A stretch of 60,773 bases of DNA, counting the filler. It is 5 parts of 5 records of this genome, joined end to end, with 100 filler letters (N's around TTAATTAATTAA, not from the genome) between each part and the next. Parts side by side here need not be neighbours in the genome. Positions count along the whole stretch, not along the records: positions 36,362 to 53,280 come from SRR31156797_9349; 4 more parts are not named here. One strand, given 5' to 3'. The notes under the pieces are model-generated. The model was not told where the DNA came from and did not search any database. It saw nothing but the letters and a program-made list of their open reading frames with translations. Below, piece after piece: positions 39,557 to 49,140 of the stretch. A program made the position numbers and the translations under genes. How positions within the stretch are numbered: position 1 is the first letter of the stretch; every line of letters begins with the position of its first letter.

Positions 39557-42198
39557 TTAAGTATTACTTTATTTCTTCCATTTGCTTTTGCACTATAAAG
39601 AGCTCTATCTGCTCTTTTTATGGTTTTTAATATATCTTCACCCTCTTCATAAATAGTTGCTCCAAAACTTGCAGTAATTTTTCTAACATTTTTAAAATAA
39701 TGAAACTCTATAACTGTTCTTAGGTTTTCTAACTTTTTAAAAAGCTGCTGTTTTGATTCAACTTTAAGTATTAAGATAAACTCTTCTCCTCCCCATCTTA
39801 TAAGTGTTTCATCTTTTTTTAGAATACTATTAAGTTCTTTTACCAATTCTTTTAAAACAAAATCACCTAAGTTATGTCCATAAGTATCATTTATAAGTTT
39901 AAAATGGTCTATATCTAAAATAGATAAGCCAAATTTACTATTTGAAGTGTGATATTTTGATATAAGTTCTTTATAATTTGAATCAAAATATTCTCTATTC
40001 AAGCAACCTGTGAGTTTATCGTGTATGGTTTTGTCTTCTAGTTCTATATGTTTTAACATAGTTTGACTAATATCTGTAAAAGTTACGATATATAAATCAT
40101 TTTCAAATTTACTAACTGTAACAGAAAATGCATTTACTGTAAAATCTTTTCCAACCATTGCAACAATTTTTTGAGATGCAGGAAGTGTTTGGATTAGAGT
40201 AATCCAATTTTTATTTGCCTTTAAATCTTTCACATAAAAATATCTATTATTTTCAATAAACAATTCATTTATACATTTGTGTTTTTCTTTAAAAATTTGT
40301 ATATCTTTGTAGCCAAAAAACTCAAAAAATTTTTTATTTGCAAAGTTTATTTCTTCCCCGCTAGTTAATATAACTATACTATCTTGTGTATCAATAAACC
40401 TTTGAAGTTTGTCATAAGATTCTTTTTGGCTTGTGATATCGCTAATTACACCCTCCAAATATTTGAAGTTTGTTGTATCAATAAGTTTTATAAAGTTTTT
40501 TACCCAAATTATGTTGTTTTGTTTTGTTAATATTCTATATTCAATCTTGATATTTTCTAAGTTTTTATCTATCATGTCTTGAATAGAGTCTTTTACATAT
40601 TTTTTATCATCTTCATAAACTATAGAAAGTAAAGAACTTGTTTTTTCTTTACATAATTCTTCATAAGTGAAACCTACAATATCTTTTATAGATTCATTTA
40701 CATATTTTAGAGTCAAATTATTGTCTATTTTAGCATTAAAAACTATATCAGGAATATTTGAGACTAAAGATTCAAATTGTTTTTTGTTGTTTTCTATTTC
40801 TTTTTGATATTGCTTGATATTTGTAATATCATGGATTGTTCCTAAAGATTGTAATAGATTACCTTTTTCATCAAAAGTATGATGACAATCTTGTGAAATA
40901 TATTTTATATTTCCTTTTTTAGTAATAATTCTATGTTCAATTTCATAGTTAGTTTTGTTTTTAATTGAGTTTTTATATGCTTCATCTACTCTTTTTATAT
41001 CTTCTGGATAAACAAAGGTTAAAAAATTTTCGTAACTTGGAATAAATTTTTTCTTGTTAATTTCAAAAATATGATAAACTTCATCACTCCAGTTTAAAGA
41101 GTATTTTTCATAGTTTAATTCCCAATAACCAAGATGCCCGATCTTTTGTACTTCTTTTAAAACAGTTTCTTGTTTCAAAAGTTTCGTTTTTTCATTATCA
41201 ATTTTATAAATAAAATAAGTGATTAAGGCAGTTAAAGCTATTAAAATCGCTAAAAATATTTTATATTGATTTGTATAAGTACTTATCTCTTGACTGTTGT
41301 TTGCTAAGATTATATAAGCAACTTGCTCTTTAGATATTGCGTTAACAATAGGGAAAAAATTTACAATAAAACTTTTTGCTCCATCTTGTGCAAAAAAGTT
41401 AAAAAACTCACCTTTAGAAACTTTTTCTTTAAAATTATTTGTTTTTGAAATTTTTTTAAGTAATTTTTCAAGCTTTTCATCTGAACTTTTTACTACTGAT
41501 TTTTCATGGTAAAAAGTAGGCATTGTTTTGTATTCTATGTAATTACTTCTTTCCTCTTTGAATACTTTTTTATCTACAAGTGATTTTTTGATAATAAAAT
41601 CTGTATTTGAACCCATTTCTTTACTTAACTCTTCAATAATACTTGCCATAGAAATAGAGGTTTCAACGCTTCCTATATGTTCTCCTTTATACTCTAAAGG
41701 ATAAATAAATCTATAACCATTGAAGATTCTTCCTTCTTCAAATCCAAATACGCTTTTATGGTTTTTATTTACATACTCAACTGTTTCTCTTACACCTGTT
41801 AAATCGTCTCCATATTTGTTTGGTCTATGAAACCTTAAAAAACTTTTATTGTTTTTAAGATGGAAATGCAATTGTTTTAATTTAAATGCTGACATATTTT
41901 CATACATATCAATTAGTTCTGTGTATAAATTTGTCCTGATTATGTTTTCTTCTATAAGTGAGGCATCGTATGCTTGGCTAAGTTGTTCTTTTATATAAGT
42001 TGAGTTGATTTTGTTAAAATAGATGATATCTGAGTGTACTTTGAAGGCTTTAACAACAGTATTGAAAGTCACTCTAACCAGCTCTTTTTCAACCTCAAGA
42101 TAGTCTTTTTTTCTATCTTTTATTAAAGAAAAAATGATAAAGGAAAAAATACTTGATACAATTAAAAAAATTGTTATATATAATAATTTCTTTTTCAT
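39553..42198 (-). CDS. Cache/PAS diguanylate cyclase (GGEEF)
   Basis: HDKLTGCLNR, DIDHFKLINDTYGH and RWGGEEF motifs; several PAS domains; no RxxD I-site (KKDE instead). Confidence 0.93.
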   Translation of the reverse strand: MKKKLLYITIFLIVSSIFSFIIFSLIKDRKKDYLEVEKELVRVTFNTVVKAFKVHSDIIYFNKINSTYIKEQLSQAYDASLIEENIIRTNLYTELIDMYENMSAFKLKQLHFHLKNNKSFLRFHRPNKYGDDLTGVRETVEYVNKNHKSVFGFEEGRIFNGYRFIYPLEYKGEHIGSVETSISMASIIEELSKEMGSNTDFIIKKSLVDKKVFKEERSNYIEYKTMPTFYHEKSVVKSSDEKLEKLLKKISKTNNFKEKVSKGEFFNFFAQDGAKSFIVNFFPIVNAISKEQVAYIILANNSQEISTYTNQYKIFLAILIALTALITYFIYKIDNEKTKLLKQETVLKEVQKIGHLGYWELNYEKYSLNWSDEVYHIFEINKKKFIPSYENFLTFVYPEDIKRVDEAYKNSIKNKTNYEIEHRIITKKGNIKYISQDCHHTFDEKGNLLQSLGTIHDITNIKQYQKEIENNKKQFESLVSNIPDIVFNAKIDNNLTLKYVNESIKDIVGFTYEELCKEKTSSLLSIVYEDDKKYVKDSIQDMIDKNLENIKIEYRILTKQNNIIWVKNFIKLIDTTNFKYLEGVISDITSQKESYDKLQRFIDTQDSIVILTSGEEINFANKKFFEFFGYKDIQIFKEKHKCINELFIENNRYFYVKDLKANKNWITLIQTLPASQKIVAMVGKDFTVNAFSVTVSKFENDLYIVTFTDISQTMLKHIELEDKTIHDKLTGCLNREYFDSNYKELISKYHTSNSKFGLSILDIDHFKLINDTYGHNLGDFVLKELVKELNSILKKDETLIRWGGEEFILILKVESKQQLFKKLENLRTVIEFHYFKNVRKITASFGATIYEEGEDILKTIKRADRALYSAKANGRNKVILN

Positions 42199-42279
42199 TT
42201 TTAGCCTAAAGTATAAATATATCTATTCTATAACAAGTTAAATAACTTTAAACTAAATTTTTTATTTAATAATTACTTA

Positions 42280-42978
42280 TTATGCCTCTTTTAATTCTCT
42301 ATTTAATCTACACCCAACCTTTTGGACAGTCTCAATTATTTTGTGTTCAAGTTTACTTCTTAGTCTATAAACCAAGGTTCTAAGTGTACTGTCTGAAATT
42401 TCATTATTTGGCCAAATCCTAGATTCTAACTCTTCAAAAGGCACAACCTTATTTTCTGATTCAATAAGTATTCTTAAAAGGAGGTTCTCATTTTTACTCA
42501 AATTTATTGGCATTTCTTTAAAGAATAATTTATTTGATTTAAAGTTGTAATAGTAGCCCAAACCTAAATCTAAATCAGTTAAATTTGTGTATAGGGAACT
42601 TTTTTTACTACTTTTATACAAACCAAGAAGAATATTTGATTTTAGTTCATCTCTTTTAAAAGGTTTGATTAAATAGCTTACTGGGTCTGTTTGTATTGCT
42701 CTGCTTATTGTTTTTTCATCAGTAAAAGCAGTGATATAAATAACTGGTATCTTATCAATAGAGTGGATTTTTTTAATTGTTTCAATTCCATCTTTGCTAT
42801 TACCTAGGTTTATATCCATAAGAATTAAATCTGGCTTGTTAATTCTTACACTATTTAAAGCTCCATTATAATTTGTAACAGTATTTGTTACTTCAAAATT
42901 TAGGTTTTCAAGAGTCCTCTTTATATCTAGAGCAACGATAGTTTCGTCTTCCACGACTAATATTTTTGATTTACTCAT
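42280..42978 (-). CDS. Response regulator (REC + winged helix), paralogue 2
   Basis: ILVVEDETIVALDI, DLILMDINL and LRTLVYRLRSKL motifs. Confidence 0.92.
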   Translation of the reverse strand: MSKSKILVVEDETIVALDIKRTLENLNFEVTNTVTNYNGALNSVRINKPDLILMDINLGNSKDGIETIKKIHSIDKIPVIYITAFTDEKTISRAIQTDPVSYLIKPFKRDELKSNILLGLYKSSKKSSLYTNLTDLDLGLGYYYNFKSNKLFFKEMPINLSKNENLLLRILIESENKVVPFEELESRIWPNNEISDSTLRTLVYRLRSKLEHKIIETVQKVGCRLNRELKEA

Positions 42979-43000
42979 TTTCTCTCTTTTCTTTTTTTAT

Positions 43001-43034
43001 ATGATAACATTTAGGTGTTACATTTTGCGTTGCA
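43001..43034 (-). promoter_or_regulatory. Degenerate 7-5-7 regulator box and extended -10 upstream of regulator 2
   Basis: Minus strand reads TGCAACG-CAAAA-TGTAACA, then 9 nt, then TATCAT (TGnTATCAT). Confidence 0.6.
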
Positions 43035-43042
43035 AAAACTGA

Positions 43043-43804
43043 TTATTCTCCTAAAAATACTTTTTTAAAAAATTTTGATGCTTCATTTGGGTTGTATGAA
43101 ATCACTAAACAAGGAACTTGCAGTTTCCCATAAGCAGTTAACTCTTTGTATACATCTACTCCACCAAGTTTTTTAAACAGTTTTAAATGCTCTTTTCTAA
43201 TCCCTGATAAAGCCATATCTATATCATTGTTGATAAAAATATTATATATTCCGCACATCAAGTATTTGAACTCTTGATTTAATCCTTTATCCCTATGTTT
43301 TACAATATTCCTTGATATCTCTCCAATACAATTGTATTTTTCTCTCATATCGTCAAAATTGATTTTTCCTTCAGTTGGAAGTTTGTCTTTAGAGTCAAAA
43401 ATAAGTCTTATCGTTGCTCTGACCTCTTTTTCTTTTTCATAATATATAACAGCAGAGTGTTTATCAAACTTATCAAAATTTAACCCTTCAATAGTGTCTA
43501 GAAACTCATTTTGAAAACTTTTATCAGAAAAAACATCACTTCTTAGTTTAAATACTTCAACTAGTTCTTCGGCTGTTTTAGTGAGTTTTAAATTACTGTT
43601 TTCATAATCCCAATTAAGTTTTCTATTAAACTCAATAGTTTCTTCAATAACCTCTTCTAGGAAAATTCTTTTATTGAAGATATCTAATGCTTTTTGTTGT
43701 TCTTTATAAAAACTATCAGGAAGGTAGTCATTTTTAATTTGAACACTGTTTTTTAATAGCTCTTGTAACTGATTTATTGATTGGTTTCTATTAAGATTAG
43801 CCAT
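43043..43804 (-). CDS. N-acyl amino acid synthase FeeM / LuxI-fold acyltransferase
   Basis: EVFKLRSDVF, FDKFDKHS, ATIRLIFDS..LP, GEISR and H..LFKKLG match the acyl-ACP-dependent GNAT synthase motif order. Confidence 0.75.
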   Translation of the reverse strand: MANLNRNQSINQLQELLKNSVQIKNDYLPDSFYKEQQKALDIFNKRIFLEEVIEETIEFNRKLNWDYENSNLKLTKTAEELVEVFKLRSDVFSDKSFQNEFLDTIEGLNFDKFDKHSAVIYYEKEKEVRATIRLIFDSKDKLPTEGKINFDDMREKYNCIGEISRNIVKHRDKGLNQEFKYLMCGIYNIFINNDIDMALSGIRKEHLKLFKKLGGVDVYKELTAYGKLQVPCLVISYNPNEASKFFKKVFLGE

Positions 43805-43826
43805 TTTATTGCCCTTTTTAGGAACA

Positions 43827-43860
43827 ATTTTAAATGGTTGGTGTCACAATTTCTGTCACA
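43827..43860 (-). promoter_or_regulatory. Perfect 7-5-7 direct-repeat box and -10 upstream of the synthase
   Basis: Minus strand reads TGTGACA-GAAAT-TGTGACA, then 9 nt, then TAAAAT. Confidence 0.75.
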
Positions 43861-43871
43861 TAAAAAATTTT

Positions 43872-44561
43872 TTAGAAGATTGGTGTAAGTTTACATCCTA
43901 GAGATGGAATAGTTTCTATAAGTTTGTATTCTAGTTTTGCCCTTAATCTATATACTAAAGTTCTTAAAGCGCTTCCTGAAACAGCAACATCGGGCCAGAT
44001 ATAGTACTCAATTTCTCTAAAACTAAGAAGAGAACCTTTTGCTTCAACAAGAAGGGTTAAAAGTTTTTTTTCATTTGTACTTAGCTTAATAGGGACATTA
44101 TCATAGTATAAGATTTGACCTTCAATATCAAAGTAATAATCAAAACCTAAATTTATGCATTTCTTTCGGATTGTACTTGCGTTTGATTTGTTGATTTTAT
44201 AGATACCTAAAAGGATAGTTGAGTTTAACTCTTCTCTTTTAAAAGGTTTGATTAGATAACTAACTGGATTGGTTTTCACTGCTCTTGCAATAGTTTTTTC
44301 ATCAGAATATGCAGTTAAATAAACTATAGGAATATTGTCTTTTTTTTGTATCTCTTTAGCTGTTTTAATCCCATCAATATCTCCATCTAAGTTAATATCC
44401 ATAAGGATTAAGTCTGGCTTTTGCTTTTTGATGCTAAGAAGTGCCATATCGCAACTTCTTACACAAGCAGTTACTATAAAGCCTAAACTTGTAAGTGCAT
44501 TTTTTATGTCTAGTGCAACAATTGATTCATCTTCAACTATTAGTATCTTTGCCTTTGTCAT
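43872..44561 (-). CDS. Response regulator (REC + winged helix), paralogue 1
   Basis: ILIVEDESIVALDI, DLILMDINL and LRTLVYRLRAKL motifs; overlaps the kinase 3' end. Confidence 0.92.
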   Translation of the reverse strand: MTKAKILIVEDESIVALDIKNALTSLGFIVTACVRSCDMALLSIKKQKPDLILMDINLDGDIDGIKTAKEIQKKDNIPIVYLTAYSDEKTIARAVKTNPVSYLIKPFKREELNSTILLGIYKINKSNASTIRKKCINLGFDYYFDIEGQILYYDNVPIKLSTNEKKLLTLLVEAKGSLLSFREIEYYIWPDVAVSGSALRTLVYRLRAKLEYKLIETIPSLGCKLTPIF

Positions 44562-46401
44562 TATCTTTCCATGTAATTAATACATCAACTCCCTCTTTGG
44601 AGTCAATTTTAATCACTCCATTTAGTTGTTCAACCGCAAGTGTTCGAACAAGAGTTAATCCAAGTGAGTCGGTAGATAATGAGTTCTCATCATAACCTAT
44701 ACCATTGTCTTTTACTTTTAATATATAATAATTATCTTTTTTAGATAAATTTATATAAATACTACCTTGTCCTTGGGGAAAAGCATATTTAAAAGAGTTT
44801 GTAGTTAGTTCATTTAAGATAAGTCCACAATATGTTGCTTCTTCTATTTTTAGCTGTGTCTCCACATTAAGACTTATATGAATATCTTTTTCATAACTAA
44901 ATTTAACTTCTTCAATAAGTATTTCAAAATATTCATATGCATCAATATGTGATATATCATCTTTTCTATATAATAGTTCATGAAGATGACTCATGGCATT
45001 TATTCTATTTTGGATAGTTGTTAAAACATCTTGCAGTTTTTTATCTTTTATCTCATCATTTTGTAATCTTATTAGAGAAACAATAGTTTGCATATTATTT
45101 TTTACTCTGTGATTTAACTCTTTTAAAAGAAGGCTCTTTTCTTTTAGTGTTTTTCTTAAATCTTGAGTTTTTTCAGATACAAGTTTTGATAATCTTTTTG
45201 TTTCATTTTTCTCTTGTTGAATAAGTTTTTGGTTTGCTTCCTCTTTCTCTTTTTGTAGAGAATTAATTTTATTTGCTAATGCAATAGAAAATGCTAATGC
45301 TTCTAATACAAAAGATATCTCTATCAAATAAGGAATATATTCGTAGATATTAAATACACCTGCACTTGACAAAAACATAAGCATTCCAGATGTTAAAAAT
45401 ATCGTCCATCCAAATAATATAAAATAAGCCTGAGGGTTTCTTTTTATTGTTGCATATAGTGTTAAGTACATCAAATAAATTAATAAAAGCATAGTAAGAA
45501 GGTTTCTAAATTTATCATAGCCATTAGTTATAAGGAAAAATAGTACTGAAATAGGGATTAACACTAAAAAGATATTTAATATTTTATTGTGTTTTGGGTA
45601 TTTTTGTGTTTGCAAAAAGTTTCTAGTAAACATACCTAGTGCAAAGACAGGAATAGCGACTATAAGTGCCGCAGAGTTTATTATTAGTTTTATAGTTTCT
45701 GGATTAGGGAAAAATACCTTGATTAAACCCACATAAGCTAGTTGATGAAATATAATCCCAAAAATATATAAAACATAATATAAATAGCTTTGATCTTTTG
45801 TAAAGAAAAATAAAAATAGATTATATATTCCTAGTATTGCCATTGAACCAAAAAATAAAGCTAATATAATCTGGTGTTTAAGTTCATTGTTAAAAAAAGA
45901 GTTATCATCCCATAATTTAAGTTTTATAATTAAAGTTGTTATATATGAAGAGACTTTTACATAATAAGTTTTTGTTTCTTTCGCATCTAGCTCAATTGTA
46001 TAAATAGGGTTTAAAACATTTTTGTTTTTATTTTGGTAAAAAAGTCCACCTTTTAAAACTTTGTTTGGGTTTTCAGCATCATAAAAATATACATTTGTGG
46101 TAAGTGGGTTTTGATATTCAAGAATTTTTTTAATCTTTTTATTTGATTCATTATGAAGTTTGATTTTTAGCCAAACTACAAAATCAGGAGAATACCCAAA
46201 ACCTAAAAGAGTTTTGTTATTGTTTTGAAATTGGTTCTTTTTTTGTATAATCTCTAAAATTTCTAGTTTTTTTGTTGTGTCTATATAATATTGTGAGTTT
46301 GACAAAATATCAATATATGAAGTTTTTTCGTTGATACTTAGTGTGTTTGCATTCATAAAAGATAATAAAAAAATAAAAGTTATTAATATAATTTTTCTCA
46401 T
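44533..46401 (-). CDS. 7TM-DISM sensor histidine kinase (HisKA_2 type)
   Basis: Signal peptide; DISMED2-like GFGYSP..VWLK domain; 7TM (YNLFLFF..YLYY); ELNHRVKNNMQ H-box; DNGIG. Confidence 0.92.
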   Translation of the reverse strand: MRKIILITFIFLLSFMNANTLSINEKTSYIDILSNSQYYIDTTKKLEILEIIQKKNQFQNNNKTLLGFGYSPDFVVWLKIKLHNESNKKIKKILEYQNPLTTNVYFYDAENPNKVLKGGLFYQNKNKNVLNPIYTIELDAKETKTYYVKVSSYITTLIIKLKLWDDNSFFNNELKHQIILALFFGSMAILGIYNLFLFFFTKDQSYLYYVLYIFGIIFHQLAYVGLIKVFFPNPETIKLIINSAALIVAIPVFALGMFTRNFLQTQKYPKHNKILNIFLVLIPISVLFFLITNGYDKFRNLLTMLLLIYLMYLTLYATIKRNPQAYFILFGWTIFLTSGMLMFLSSAGVFNIYEYIPYLIEISFVLEALAFSIALANKINSLQKEKEEANQKLIQQEKNETKRLSKLVSEKTQDLRKTLKEKSLLLKELNHRVKNNMQTIVSLIRLQNDEIKDKKLQDVLTTIQNRINAMSHLHELLYRKDDISHIDAYEYFEILIEEVKFSYEKDIHISLNVETQLKIEEATYCGLILNELTTNSFKYAFPQGQGSIYINLSKKDNYYILKVKDNGIGYDENSLSTDSLGLTLVRTLAVEQLNGVIKIDSKEGVDVLITWKDNDKGKDTNS

Positions 46402-46503
46402 AAAATACCTCAAAATAGACTATTATATTATACTTAAGAAGAGTTATTATTTTAATAAATTAATCTATTTAAGACTTTCAAAGTATGATTTTTTCAATTT
46501 TTT

Positions 46504-46522
46504 TGTGACAAAAATTGTGACA
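46504..46522 (+). promoter_or_regulatory. Third copy of the 7-5-7 box, upstream of the 7TM-DISM kinase (inverted)
   Basis: TGTGACA-AAAAT-TGTGACA. Confidence 0.7.
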
Positions 46523-46525
46523 ATA

Positions 46526-48619
46526 TCAAGATGGTATTTTTATCTCAAAGACAGCTTTTGAATTTTTACTATATGCAAAAATTTCACCTTTAAATTCATC
46601 TTCTATGATTCTTTTACATATTGCTAAACCATTTCCTATGTTATTTTTAAGAGAATAGTTTTCATCAAAAATTTTATTTAGTTCATCTTTTTCTATTCCT
46701 CCAGCATTGTCTGATATAAGTATATGTACAAAGTTACTCTCTTTTTTTACTTCTATATTAATCTTTTTGTCAGAGTTTGTTTTTTTATTTAATTCAAACT
46801 CATCAATGGCATTGTTAAGCAGGTTTAGTATTATTTGTGAAAACTCATTTTTATAACCTGTGATTGTGATATTTTTATCTATATTTTTATCTATTTCAAT
46901 ATATTCTTGTTTTAGTCTACCTTTTAATATTCTTTCAACTTTTGCTACTATATCTGAAATATTAAATAGTTCTATCCCTTTATCTAGAGATAAAAATACT
47001 TTCATATCTTCAGTAGTATTAAACATATATTGTGTATTTTCTTTGATGTTTTTTATTTGGTTAAGCAAGTTTTCTTTATTGAAATGCTGTTGCTCGTTTT
47101 CTAATTCGATGGCTTGAACACTTAGTGATATAAGATTTAGTGGTAATTCCCATTGCATCATAATATTATCTATCAAATTTCCTATCTCTGCTAGTTTTGC
47201 TTTTTGAGCAAGTTGTTTTTCTGTACGGATTCTTTTTCGAAGTTCTTCATGGACTCTTCTTTCAAGTTCTCTATTTAATACTTTAAGTTCTGTTATATCA
47301 ATAGCGATTCCTAAAATATAATCTTTGTGAAGCATTCCTAAGAATGAAATCTTAATAAGTCGTGTATCAAAATATAAAGTTTTCCCCTTTTCATGTTCTA
47401 TTGTATCTTCAAATTTTATTAATTTTTTTAGTAAAACACTTTTGTCTTTATTCTCATCTGTATAAGGAAGATTTTTTGCATTGAAGTCATAAGATATTTT
47501 TCCTAAAATATCTTTTTTCTTTTTATATCCATAAAGTCTTACTAAAGATTTATTGACAAGTACAAATTTACCTTTGTTGTTTTTTAAAGCTACAGGAAAA
47601 GGTAAAGTGTCAATCAGTATTTCTAAAATCTTCATTTGGAAACTTTGTAAATATGCACCAACAAATACAATAGGCAGAGTTAGTAGAAAAATGATAAAGA
47701 AAAGAATTAAAATCTCCTCTTTTAGACGATTGATTTCTCTTTCATAAATCTCTTTTTTTATTGAGTAAATTATTGAGAAATCTTTATCTGTAATAGAGAC
47801 TTTATCTAAATAATAAATCCAATTTTTATCTTTGTATCTATGAGATAAAAGATAATCAATATTTTTTATCTCATCTTTTACTTTAAAGTTTGTATTTAGT
47901 TGTGTGCTCCAGCTTTTTTTAGGGTCAGGATGAAGTAAAAAATTACCTTTGCTATCCATATAATAAACATCAAATAAACTCTTTTGGGTAGTTAGTTCTA
48001 AAAGTTCTTTTGCATTATAATTTATGATTAAAACACCTAAGAAAGTTTCATCTTTATAAATTGGAGTAGCTAATCTAATATTTGGTCTAAATGGTATTTC
48101 AATTCTTCCATATTCTATATTTAAATCAAAGTCTGAAATATAAAATTTATTGTTTTCTAGTGTTTTAGTTTTTGTAAAGTAGTATCTTTTTGATTTGTCT
48201 TGAAGTTCAGTGACAACTTCACTTTTGCCATTTACTTTATCTATTCTAATTTTTTCTATACCCTTTTTATCTAAATATCTTAGCTGAAAGATATTTTCAT
48301 TTGCATTTATAAAGTTTTCAAAGTCATGGATTAAGATTTCTTGAAATTCTTTTTTATCAGGTGAATTGATATACGATTTAAAATAGTAGCTTTTTTTAAT
48401 ATTTTCTAATATTAGTTTATAGTGGGTTAACTCTTTATTTAAATATTTATTTGTTTTTTTAAATTCTATTTTTGCAAGTTCAATATTCTTTTCATAGATA
48501 GATTCTACAAGTCTATCTTTTAAGTAGTGATACATAAAAATAGCAATTAAAGTGTTTAAAACTCCAACAGTAATTAAAAATATATAAGAGTTTTTTTTTG
48601 CTGAAATAGAAAAGTCCAT
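46526..48619 (-). CDS. Cache/PAS histidine kinase-like protein lacking the phosphoacceptor His
   Basis: H-box position reads IMMQWELPL where the neighbours have IAHQWRQPL; N, G1 and G2 boxes are still recognisable. Confidence 0.85.
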   Translation of the reverse strand: MDFSISAKKNSYIFLITVGVLNTLIAIFMYHYLKDRLVESIYEKNIELAKIEFKKTNKYLNKELTHYKLILENIKKSYYFKSYINSPDKKEFQEILIHDFENFINANENIFQLRYLDKKGIEKIRIDKVNGKSEVVTELQDKSKRYYFTKTKTLENNKFYISDFDLNIEYGRIEIPFRPNIRLATPIYKDETFLGVLIINYNAKELLELTTQKSLFDVYYMDSKGNFLLHPDPKKSWSTQLNTNFKVKDEIKNIDYLLSHRYKDKNWIYYLDKVSITDKDFSIIYSIKKEIYEREINRLKEEILILFFIIFLLTLPIVFVGAYLQSFQMKILEILIDTLPFPVALKNNKGKFVLVNKSLVRLYGYKKKKDILGKISYDFNAKNLPYTDENKDKSVLLKKLIKFEDTIEHEKGKTLYFDTRLIKISFLGMLHKDYILGIAIDITELKVLNRELERRVHEELRKRIRTEKQLAQKAKLAEIGNLIDNIMMQWELPLNLISLSVQAIELENEQQHFNKENLLNQIKNIKENTQYMFNTTEDMKVFLSLDKGIELFNISDIVAKVERILKGRLKQEYIEIDKNIDKNITITGYKNEFSQIILNLLNNAIDEFELNKKTNSDKKINIEVKKESNFVHILISDNAGGIEKDELNKIFDENYSLKNNIGNGLAICKRIIEDEFKGEIFAYSKNSKAVFEIKIPS

Positions 48620-48731
48620 ATGATACTTCCATAGGGTATAATTTTATTGTATATATTTTACATTTATAAACTGAAAGAAAAGTTTATAAAAATAATTAAA
48701 TTTTGTTATATTTTTTGTTTTGTAAGAAAGT

Positions 48732-48760
48732 AAAACCAAGAGTTATACTCTTGATTTTTT
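48732..48760. terminator. Terminator downstream of the ArsC-like gene
   Basis: CAAGAGT-TAT-ACTCTTG flanked by A/T runs. Confidence 0.6.
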
Positions 48761-48774
48761 ATTTTGTAGAGAGT

Positions 48775-49128
48775 TTATCCCAAGAAAGTTTGTTTATATT
48801 CCTCTTCGTTGAAGCCAATTGTAAATTTTTCTTCACCATTTAATCCATGCTCAATCACAGGTCTTTTTAAAATTCCATTATCTTTTTCAATAAATGTTGC
48901 AGCTTTTTTTTCTGTTGGTTTATTGTTTTTTAAATCTAAATCTTTATAGGGTTTGCTTCTTGGGTTTAGCATAGAAGTAGCAGCTGTAAAAGATATCCAT
49001 TTATCTATTTTATCTTTTCCTACAGGCTCTTTTTTTAAGTCTATAAATTCATACTCAATATTATTTGCATCAAAAAAAGCTTTTGCTTTTTTAACACTTG
49101 CACAAGTTTTTATACCATACATTTTCAT
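48775..49128 (-). CDS. ArsC/Spx/YffB family protein
   Basis: YGIKTCASVKKA and ILKRPVIE motifs. Confidence 0.88.
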   Translation of the reverse strand: MKMYGIKTCASVKKAKAFFDANNIEYEFIDLKKEPVGKDKIDKWISFTAATSMLNPRSKPYKDLDLKNNKPTEKKAATFIEKDNGILKRPVIEHGLNGEEKFTIGFNEEEYKQTFLG

Positions 49129-49140
49129 TGTATATCTCCT

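Noticed and set aside
27396-46401. Functional link between mtnN/fabD (SAM by-product recycling, acyl-ACP supply) and the acyl synthase circuit
   Set aside because: They lie on different contigs, probably from different organisms, so the proximity comes from concatenation.
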